Shown piece by piece: positions 53,202 to 64,000 of a stretch of DNA of 64,000 nucleotides. Below the pieces are notes generated by a model that saw only the letters and a program-made list of their open reading frames with translations, was not told the DNA's origin and ran no database searches. Source of the DNA: a virus (lineage: Duplodnaviria; Caudoviricetes); the IMG/VR virus record IMGVR_UViG_3300026549_000046, positions 32,001 through 96,000 of that record, one strand, 5' to 3'. The position numbers were made by a program, and so were the translations under genes. Position 1 is the first letter of the stretch, and each line of letters starts with the position of its first letter.

Positions 53202-56200
53202 TTAAAATGGAGCTACTGGAATTGTATAACTACAAGAATTTTCATTTGTATCAATCCAACTTCCAACAGCTTTAGCTAATTGTTCAACATCTACAGAAGT
53301 AGTTTCTGTTCCATTTGTAAATAAATACGAAGACAATGAACTGCTATCTTCTATATCTTCAATTGAATCTGGATCCCCTTCTGTATAAATATATTTTAAT
53401 AATTTTATTATATTTAAATTCTATTCTGGATTTCCATTATTATTTTTTACTTCTGATATTATATTTAATACTCTCTAATCTTCTAAAATTCCTCCTTCTA
53501 ATTCTCTTATAGTATCTTCATATAATCCTAACAATTGTTCAGGAATAATTATTTCTTCAGCAGAAGGACTATTTAAAGAATCTAATTTCTACTAAGCAAT
53601 TTGTTTTATTTCAGTATCAGTACTCGGATTATTAACTATAGACTACAAAATATCTGGATTTGAAATACTTTCAGAATTTGTTTCTGATAATATTCCTAGT
53701 TCTCCGTCATTTGTTAAGAACATTATTTCTTTTTCAGATAAAATCAAAGATTTTTTAATATTATTAACTTTTCTAATAATATATCCATTCTATATTTTAA
53801 TTGGATAAAAACCTAACTAACTTAATTTATCATATAAATATTTCTAAACATTTGTAGGATTAGGGTCTCCTTGTTTAACGGTTATCTAGGTTTTAATAGA
53901 CACTTGATCTGTATTAGATATATTTGAATCAAATTTAATCATTCCTGTAAGTTTTTCATTAAATATATCAGTTTGAGTTTTTTCTTTTGTAGTTAATTTT
54001 CCATCCAAATATGCTTTTGTATTTTCTCTATATAACTTAGCTTTTTCCTAATCTGAAAAATTATTTAACCTTGAACGTCCTTCCGTAGAAGAGGGGTTAG
54101 GAATACCTTTTTTGATTATTTCATCTAAAATTGGTTCAATATCTCTTACTACAGCTGTTGTTTCCAGTTTTCCATTTATTTCAAATGAACGTTTTGATAT
54201 TTTAGTATCATCTTCAGCATTAACTTTGGCAAAAGTGTAACCTTTTACTGAAATGTTTTCTGAAGCATTTGCTAAAGGAACATAATATTGAATTCCTGTA
54301 TACTTATTATTAGTAGCATCTTTTATTAATGCTTCTATCTTAGGTTGTTGAAAATCTTTAAATATTACTTTTCCAGAAGGATCTCTAGATAAACTTATAT
54401 CTACAATTTGTCTTCCTAAAGCGGGACCATATACAGAACCAGAATATAATAATTTTCTAAATTCGTATTGTAATACTGTTCTTAATGGAGTACCATATTT
54501 AAGCTTAGTAGGCCAATTAATAGCAGCTGCTTTATCTTTAATTTCTTTTGGAAGATTTTCTATAGGCTTGTCTAATAAAGATAATAATTGATTAGCTTTA
54601 GTTCCATTATTTATATTAAATCTTTCTTCAGCAGATTTAATTTCCTAAACTAATTCTTTTAACTACTTCCAACGATTTTTGGATTTTTCAATATCTTCTT
54701 TATTTGCATCCTTAATTCCATCCATCCATTCATCAAAGTGTGAATCAAATTCACTTCCATCTGTAGCAATAAAAGATAATAATCTATAAGCAGATAATTT
54801 ATTTCCTAATAAAGAGTCTATTTCTTCGGTTGAAAAATCTTCTCCTTTTTTAGAAACAGCTCTATCCATATTATATAAGAAATCTTCTATTGTTCCTTCT
54901 GGTGTATATAAATACATTCTTTTTACTTTCTTTGATTCATCAGAATTTTCTGCCTATTTAATGAACTGTTCCATTAAAGTTTCAAAAGAAGCATTTTTTA
55001 ATTCTGGAGCGTCAGAAATTAAAACAAACGGATCACCAGATTTTGCTATTATTTGTCCATTAATTATTATATCAGATTTAGAATTATTAACTCTAATTTC
55101 AGATATGTTTCTCCAAGACATTCTCTTTCTATATTCTTCAAGAGAAACAGGCTATCCCTTATAATCATAATCATGTGTAAAGAAATATTCTTCACCTCTA
55201 GTTTGAGCATGAATTATTCCAGTAATTTTTCCTGAATTTAAAGTAAAATCATTATCAAATCTTACAACAAAATTAGAATAATTTGAATATAATTCTACTA
55301 ATTTATACATACTTTTTGTATGTAAAGGTGCACTAGAATCATTATAATGGTTCCATAACCATTCTTTAAATTTATTTAAACTCTCTCCACAATCATTTAT
55401 AAATACCTATTTTAAGTCTTCAAATCCCTAAGTATTTAACATAGTTAAAGGAGACGTCATCATAGCTACGGGAACTTCAAGTACCTACTTATCATCTATG
55501 AATATTTCGACTCCTATAGTCTGCCTATGTGGAGTAGTTAATTTTTCTCTATTTCCGTCTTTATTAAAGATTCCTAGAAGTTTTTCTTTAACACTCTTAA
55601 AAAATTTCATAAATCCAGATGAGTTGACAGTATCTAATTCATATGAATTTTTATAAATAAAGTTTACTTTAACTCTAGAAGTATCATCAATTCCTAAGGC
55701 TTGTGATATATCTTCTACAATATCAGATTTATTAGTTCTATAACTAGCAGAACTTCTAATTAAACCTAATATTTTTAAAGCTTTTTCTTTATTTTCTTGA
55801 GATAAAGTTCCATCTGATTCGGGTTTAATTCCTAAGGAACTAATTTTAATGAGTCCATTAATATTATCAATTCTTTTATCAGAATTTGGAGATAGTTTTA
55901 GTTTATTGTTTGGATCAGTTGGATCTAAATTATTATCAGATAATTCACATCCAGTTTCTTGAACCATTACTGTATGAAGCATCATATTTAATTCTCCATC
56001 CTTCTCATTTTTTATATCAATTTCCTTTATAGTAGCATTTTTAGAATCTATTTCTTCATCAGATTCTGACTCGTGGCCTTCATTTTTATCATTATCAGGT
56101 TCTTCTATATCTGGAGTATTAGTTGTTTTAGTTATGGGTTTCCATTGTGGTTCTGGAGTCTTTTCATAGTTTCCTAAAACTTTTTCAAGAATTTCTTTAC

Positions 56201-59200
56201 GTTTATTACCATAATTAGTAATTGAATCCTAAGACATTTTTTTATTAACAAGTTTATCCATTCTAGTAGAACTTATTAATTGAGAAACTGTACTTTCAGT
56301 TCTATCGAAAATTAATGTTCCTTGTTTTGCTCTTGAAATAGCTGTATATAATGCTGCAATCTATCTCTAAGCCTATAAAGTTTGTTGTTCTCCTGGACCT
56401 GTTTTATTTAACTATAAATCTACTACATAATATTGTCCTTCCTAACTTTGAGAGGCTCCTGCAGTAATAATATTTATTTTTCCAGAATATTCTCCAGAAG
56501 AATTTAAATTAGAAAGATATTTATATAGAGGAGAATCTACACTGTCATAAATGTAATTTAGTTTTTCACCATCTTCTAGTGTATCTAACATTAATTTTAT
56601 TGTGTCCTTGGTATTCTAAGGAATTTCATCACTATAAGTAGATTGCACAGAATCTCCATAAAATCCAGAGTTATCAGAATAATAAGAAAAATCAAATAAA
56701 GTAGTATATGGTTTATCAGTTGTTAAAATATCTGATATTTTATTTTTATTTTCCCTAAACTTTAATATATTATTTATTTTATATTCATTATTTCCTCTAA
56801 TAACTTGTCCTAATTTATGAGTTCTAATATAATTAGTTCCTACCTAAAATATTGGAGCTCTCTACTCATTTCCTTTTTGATCTACTTTTCCTGTTTTATA
56901 TTCTCCATATACTCCTAACTAATCAAAGTCTCCTGCTTTTATAGAATATATTCCTTTGGCTTTTAACCAAGCTTCTTCTAATTCAGCATCTGGCTGAGAT
57001 AAAGATGTTGCTTCATCTATTATAACAAGTGAAGCATTTAAACCGTCAGGATTTGGATTTATTTTAGAGTATTTAACATGACCTGTTTCTTCATCATAGG
57101 TAATATCATCTCTTGTAATTTTAAGATTTCCGAATTCATCATATTCCCAATCTGGATAGTTATCAGAAATATGTTTAAAATATTCATCTTTACTAAAGAT
57201 TTGTACTCCCTCTAATTTTAATCCAGTAGATTTTCTAAGATTATCTAATAATAACTATGAGTTTTCATGAGAATTACTAACTAATACTAATTTTTTAAGA
57301 ATATCTGGATGATACTAATCTAACATTCTTAATAACATAGTAAATGTTGCAGTGGATTTTCCACTTCCTGGAAGTCCTTCTATAAATATACTTCTAAAAG
57401 TATTTATATTTAAATAAGGCTCTACGTTTCCTTCACTATCTATTGGTAAATTTTCATTATATGCTTTTGCAAAATTTTCAAATACTTTAGGATTTAATAT
57501 AAAAGTATATGCTGTTCTAATAGCTTCCTCTTGTCCTGCAATAGGCGCAAAATTTAAAGAAAAACTGTTCTTATATTCATGTAATACACTTTCTGGATTT
57601 GCAGCAGCTAATGATGCAATATACCAAACAAAATCTGATTCTGGAATTCCTTTTTCATTTTCATTTAATATCCAATCAGATTCTGATCTAGAAGGCTAAA
57701 TATTTTTTAATAATTTTTTAAGCTATTCATTATCATTTAGTTTATCTTTATTTTTCTAAAAGAATTCATATACAGCTTTCTCAAATTTTGTTCTAGCTTC
57801 AGTAATTTGCTATTTAATTTCATCAGTAATTTTTAATTCTTTATTCTCTTCTATTTTTGAAAAAATGTCAGAGATTTCAGAACTTTCCAATTTATTTCTA
57901 AGTTCCTATATTCCTTCCCAATCATCAATATCGGTACTTCCTATAAATCTTTTTACTCTATCATATAAATATTTAGATTCTATTTTGTATGTATTATCAT
58001 GAGAGGTTAGTACTGACTATGTATTACTAGCATAAACACTTTTATACATTAATAATTCACTTCTATATCTATTAATATCTTGTTGTATTAATGTAGCAAT
58101 ATCAGAATTTATAAGAGCTAATTTTCTTGGGTTGGATTTTGTTTCTTCTGTTGCTTTAGAACTTCTAGTCTTAGTTTTTCTATTCTTTCTTATTTCGTTT
58201 ATTGTTGCATTAAATCCAAACAAATCGGTTAAATCTCCAGTAACTGTTGTTTTAGCAGATTCAAGAGCTACTAATGCTAAATCAAGTACATCTAAAGCCT
58301 AATTTATTAAAACTTCAGTATCTTCATCATAATTAAAAGATTCAACATTTGCAACTTTAGCCAGATCCGATAATAACTTACCTATGTTTCCAGAAATCTA
58401 AGGAATATTTATTCCCTAACTTCTTAAAGTTCCTACAACATTAGATATAAATTCATCTATAGGGGAAGATGGAATATCATTTAAAGCATCCAAATATTCT
58501 TTTGCAGTGTCCGAGTCTAGTTGAATAGTTTCTTGTTCTCCAAATTCATTTTCAACTTTTAATTGGCTTGTAAAGAAATCTATAAATGCCTATTTTGTAG
58601 TTGGAAGTAAATATTTGGCATTTTTTAATTTATTAATTATAAATTGCTTTACCTCTGGATCATATAAAAATTCTATTAAGTACTTATTAAATGCCTAAGT
58701 TTTTTGTATTTGAAGATTTCTATTAGCCTATTTTAATTCTGATTCATATTCATCCAGATTATCTTCAGTTAGAGAAGAAATATTCATACCTGGATCCTAA
58801 GACCATCCCAAAATAGTATCTACTATTTTTTTTCTATCTTCACCAGACATTTGTTTTAATTCTTCTATTGTAGGCATTACATCTCTCCCAAGAATTTCTG
58901 CGACAGATCCTTTCATATCTGCTATAGCATCTAGTCTTTCTTTTACTTCCTTTGATTTTGCAGCATCTAATCCAACAATTAACTAACGTTGGATATTTGT
59001 TAATAGAGGATTAATAACATTATCATAAACATGTAAAAATTGTTCTACTCTTTCTGAAGCATGTTCTACATCTCTATTTATTTTAAACTGTTCTCCAAAA
59101 AGAATTTCTTCTATATTTTTTATAACTGCATCTTTATTTTTAAAATATTCTTCGTTAAAATTTTCCATCATGTCCGCAAGATATTCTTGATTCCATATAT

Positions 59201-61850
59201 GAACCAATCTTGCTTTATGCATTAATTCCCTATTTGTTATATTTTTCTTTTGTTCTTGATACTATTTAAAGAGTTCTGCTCTTCTTTCAACTGGAATTTC
59301 ATTATATGCTTTGTTCTCTATTTCTTCAGCATAACGCCAGGGATCTGTTTTAATGTAAAAAGAAGATATTCCTGAAATCATTTCAAATAAAGCATCTTGA
59401 ATAAATTCATCAGACATTCTTCCGTCTTTATATGCTTCTAACTAATCTTTAATTTCTTTTATTTCTTCTTTTTTCTATTTTATTTGTTCTTTTATATTGT
59501 CACTTTTAGAAGATTTTTCATCTTCTTCTCGTTTTTGTTTATCAGTTTGTACAGGATTTTCTAAAGCCCATAACTCCTGTGTTTTAGATACTAATTGAGT
59601 AGATAATTCATTATAATGATTTAAGTAATACCATATAGAATTACCTTCTTGAGCAGCAATATTTACGAGTTGAGCATATCGTAATTCTCCTTTAAGAGAG
59701 TTAACTAATTCATTTCTACTCATATCTGCTCCATTTGCTTTTAATATATCTTGTATATTATATACTAAATTTCTCAACTATTTCTTAGCATCTAAATCTT
59801 TATTATCATTTTCGTCTCCTATTTCTGGATTTCCCTAGACATCTACTTTATTTTTAGTAGTTTTATCACTGATAGTCATTTTATCAGCAGTAGCAAGAAA
59901 TTCTTCAGCTTTTCCTTGTTGGATTATATCTATAAGTTCTCTTGTAGCCTATTTTCCATCCATGCTATTATTATATCTAGCTGCTCTATACCCAGGAAGT
60001 CCTCCAGCAATTCCTCCACCTACAGTACCTCCTATAAAAGATAAAGCATATCTATTAAATACATTTTCGAAAGCATGTAAATCAGTTTTAGAGCCTCCTA
60101 ATTGATATACTGCTGTAAATAATGCTTTTGATAAGTCAGCAAGTAATTCTTCAGAAGTTTCTTCAACTCCTTCTGATAACATATTACTTACTACAGAACC
60201 AAAGGTTTCTCCTAATACTGGAGATTTTATATCATTATGATATATTTGTTTTCCTATATTATATAATTTTTGATACCATTTTAATTTATCAAGAGGAGTA
60301 TCTTTAGGCATCATTTTTGTTTCTTCACTTATTTTTTTTGCAACAGCTTGCCAATGTCTTTTATCAGCTTTTAGCTCTGGAAGAATCCATTTTCCTAAGT
60401 CAGAATTTAATAAAGCAAATTCGGCAGCAGTATATCCTAATGTAAAAAGTCCAGCTTCTATATCAGATGCTCCAGCTTCTTTTGCTTCTCCATAAGCTCC
60501 AGCTGTAGTAATTCCAGTCATATAAGCCATAGAAAGTTTACTACCTAATTTCTAGGCTTCCTCTAATTTATCCATTAAAGCTTTTTGTCCTCTAGCATAA
60601 TTAACAGACTATATAGTTATTTGTTTTGTTATAGGATCAGAAGTACGTATAGCTTCTGCTAATTTTTCATTAGTAGAATTTTCAGCTATATATTTTTCAA
60701 TCCACGCTTTCTAAGCTTTAGGATCAGTCATAAGTTTTGGATTCTTTAATTCTCCTGATAACATAGCAGAACCATATTTAAATAACCAACGTTGTTCTGC
60801 TAATTGACTAAATACATCAGCAACAAGTTTTAATCCTGTTTCCATAGACCACATATGTCCTTCAATTCCCATTTCTTGAGAACCTTGTGTATAATCAGAA
60901 GTTGAAAAACTTGTAGCTTTGTTAAATCCTTCCATCCATGAAAATAATTTATTATCACTATCAAATGATAATATTTTCCCTAATGTGGGAACAAGTTCCG
61001 ACATACTGTTTAATACACGTAAACCTATATAAACTTCTCCTACACCAGGTATAAAAGCAGGAGCAATCTAAGCGACTGCTCTTGCAATAGAACCAGGAAC
61101 AGATTTATCAAGACCGTCAGAATCAAAAAAATCTAACGAATTTAAAGTGGATCCATCAGTTGTTAATGTATCAAATCCGGAAAGAACTTCTTTACCATAT
61201 GGACTTCTTCCATTTAGATTTTCGTAATAATATGTTCCATTTGCGTTTAATTTTTTATCTCCTTTTTTATGTTTAACTATTTCTCCAGTAATAGGATCTT
61301 CATGTGTTCCATCTTCGTCATACTATGCTAATACTTTTGGATTAATAAAATTATCAAACCATGTTTCGTTCGGAGTTTCCTTCCAACTATTTGTTTCTGA
61401 ATCCCACAACTATTGAGATTGAGCAATTTCTCTTATAGACATAGTAGGATTTTCCTTTAATCCGATAGTAACAAATCCTTCTTGTTGTCTTAATGGATTG
61501 TTTACTTTTTCTATTTTAAATTCTGGGCCAGACTCTTTTAAATAATCTGGAGCTGTTATATTTCCTCTAAAAAATCTGAAAGAATTAGTAAAATCTTCAT
61601 TAGCTTTAATATTACTTAAAACATTATATCCAGATTTAGCTACATTATATACTTCATCGAATTTAGACTAATCGAAATTTCCATTAGTCTAGAATAAAGG
61701 ATTTTGTTTAATAACATCTAAATTCTAATATACATCTTTATTTTGTATAGATGTATTATCTATTGATAACCCAACCTAACTAAAATCTAAAGGACTGAAG
61801 GTTGGGTTATTTAATAGATTTAAAAAATAATCATTCTGTTTTTCTTCCAT
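53202..61850 (-). CDS. giant TAG-recoded protein (~2882 aa) with an SF1 helicase domain and a Gly-rich hydrophobic segment; probable virion/ejected protein
   Basis: Seven track fragments in one frame; GLPGSGKST, VIIDEA, GDFD*L and YTAISRAK motifs; ALSFIGGTVGGGIAGG. Confidence 0.82.
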
Positions 61851-61857
61851 AATTATT

Positions 61858-64000
61858 TTATTTTAATGATGATAATGGAGGAGTTTTCTAGTATTGTTGT
61901 GTTTTTGGAGCATACTACATCATCATTACTTGATTTGCGTTATTTGGCAAATCTGTATCTAATGGCTATCCTCCGCTCGTATATCCAGCAACTATATCTT
62001 CTCTTACAGGAACAAATATAGTACCTTTATATAATTTATCTTTTCCCCAACTAGACCACAAAAATCCATCACTTAAATCATAATCTTTATTTCCCCTCTT
62101 TTTCATTTCTTCTATAAATAATTCTCTTTCTTCATCGTCAGCTTCAGAAATTTCATTAGCATTAACAGGAACTCCTCCTTTTAAAGCTTTAGAGTCAAGA
62201 ATTACCTATATTCCCGCAAATCTTCTATAATTCTAAGGTATAATATTTCCATTAGAATCAAATTTGTCTGGCAGTCCTAAATCTCTATATATTTTATTAA
62301 TTTGTTGGGGATCTGTGATCCTATTATTATGAATTTTTTCTTCTGCTTTTTCTATTGTTGATAACTACTAAAAATCAGGAATATAGTTTCCAGAAAAATC
62401 TCTTTTAACTGGAAGATCTAATCCTATACAATCAGAATTATTTAATATTATATGAGAATATCCACTTGAAATTAGTCTTGTTCCTCCAAAAGTAGCTTTA
62501 TCTAAATCTAAAATTGGACCAAACTAAGATTTAGAAACATCCTATAAAGAACTTCCCTAACCTAGATTATTTTTTTCTTTATCCTGTAATATTCCAAATC
62601 TTCCTAAAGCTTTTACAGACTAAGAATTTCCAATATTAAATTCTACCACTTCTGAATATCCATTTCCAAGCAAAAACTATACAGATGCTGGAGTATCAGT
62701 TCCTCCTTTTTTTCCACTACTAGAATTACTATCATTAGTAGCTTTTCCAGTTAAAGGTTGAATATCAAGTTCACTAGTACTATCCATCTAAGATGATAGG
62801 AAACTAGCTATCATATAATCAGTTCCTCCATGGGTATCTAAAATAGCTCTCTAACTTGGAGATAAGGCTCCTTTAATATAATTTAAAGCAGCTTTAGCCT
62901 ATTGAGACTATTCTTTTGTAAGTTGAGTAGTTTTATAATTTCCATCAGGTAGCCCCTAAAGAACTTGGAGTCCTTGTTTTACTCTATTTGACTCTACCTA
63001 AGTTATTCCATCTAATTTTGTTTCAGAAGTTCCAATTTTTCCTGCTAATGCCTTAATCTAAGCTCCTATTTTGTTAATTCCCATGCCATTATAAAGAGTA
63101 TTCTCAATAATATTATCACCTTTTGCTAAAAGCATTTCTGGATGATATTCTCTTAAACTTAAAAGTTGAGCATTAGTAATAGGATTTTTTCCACTTTTTA
63201 AAACATCCTGCCAATTTGCTTCCTTAGATAATTTCCCCTCTTTGTCCTACACTATAAAATGTCCTAATGCATCTACAGCAAATTCATTTAAAGCTTCATT
63301 CTAAGTAGCAGCTGCTTTAGCTTTATCATATACTTCTTTACTATGTTTAATATTACTTAGCTGCTACATAGATTGTAAATATATTGAGGCAATGTCATTA
63401 GTACTTAATTCTTCTCCAAAAGCTTGAGCCTAAGAAAATAATTTCTATACTGATTCGTAAATATTGTTTACATCTACAGGAAGACCTCCTTCAGATACTT
63501 TTTGAAATAAAGATTTTATTAAATCTATAGTATCTTTTCCTTTATTTTCTTTACCACTACTAGTTGAATTTCCTGTACTACTTACCTAAGTATTTGTTTC
63601 TCCACCAAGAGTTACTGGAGTGTATACCATAAAAGGGGCTACACCTCCTTGCTACATTTTCCTAGTTTTAGGATGTGGCACAAGTTTATAACGAGATTTT
63701 GGGTAAGATTTTTGAGTAGAATCATTAGACATTTTACTCATTTTTCTAAAGTGATCTACTACATCTTTTGCGGATTTGTATAGTAAGTCATCCTTCTATT
63801 TATAAGTAAGCTTCATTCCTTTAGATGCACTATAAAGAGTAAACATATTGTTTCTATTCTGCATCTTTCTATACATTTCTAGTTCAAGTTCCTATTTTCT
63901 TTTTCGATAGTCTTGAATTTTCTGCTAAGCTGTTTTCTTAATTTCTGGATCATTACTATTCATAGCTTCTACAGCAGCCTATCTAAGAGGAGTTAAACTG
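61858..64000 (-). CDS. TAG-recoded putative virion protein, 5'-partial (>710 aa)
   Basis: Frame open to the window edge when TAG is read as sense; ends KTPPLSSLK-TAA. Confidence 0.7.

Noticed and set aside
42372-60307. Plus-strand ORFs at 42372, 48251, 51273, 54961, 55053 and 60122
   Set aside because: Antisense shadows of the giant recoded genes
37142-61004. Short minus-strand track ORFs as separate genes
   Set aside because: They are inter-TAG fragments of the giant genes
36062-64000. Minus arm as non-coding DNA or decayed pseudogenes
   Set aside because: The interruptions examined are all TAG, fragments stay in one frame over kilobases, and catalytic motifs are intact; this fits recoding
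1-64000. Suppressor tRNA or other tRNA genes
   Set aside because: No cloverleaf or T-loop signature recognised by eye; tRNAscan-SE or ARAGORN would be needed to exclude one

Overview
A 64-kb piece of an AT-rich crAss-like (Crassvirales-type, probably Bacteroidota-infecting) phage genome with two convergent arms. The + arm (1 to ~35.6 kb) is the early/replication-metabolism block. It carries a PD-(D/E)XK nuclease, metallophosphoesterases, an ADP-ribosylglycohydrolase, nrdD/nrdG, dUTPase, ATP-dependent ligase, a sigma-70 factor, family A DNA polymerase, an AEP-like protein, ThyX, a PI-PLC-like protein, YqeY and many small hypotheticals. It also holds an apparently complete deamidating NAD+ salvage set (pncA, Nudix, pncB, nadE, nadD). 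The - arm (36.06 kb to the end) looks ORF-poor only because TAG is reassigned, almost certainly to Gln. Read that way it is five long genes: ~1658 aa with a PD-(D/E)XK domain, a 354-aa zincin, a ~3594-aa single-chain RNA polymerase, ~2882 aa with an SF1 helicase domain, and a partial gene. The RNAP catalytic motif GSDY|DID is split by a 300-nt group I intron. Core early genes show no in-frame TAG, but four embedded homing-endonuclease genes and a ferredoxin-thioredoxin-reductase-like gene between nrdD and nrdG do, which suggests codon-gated expression. No tRNA, CRISPR array or reverse transcriptase was seen. All calls come from motif recognition by eye, with no database searches. Continuity of the giant genes was inferred from frame agreement of the ORF fragments plus spot checks.
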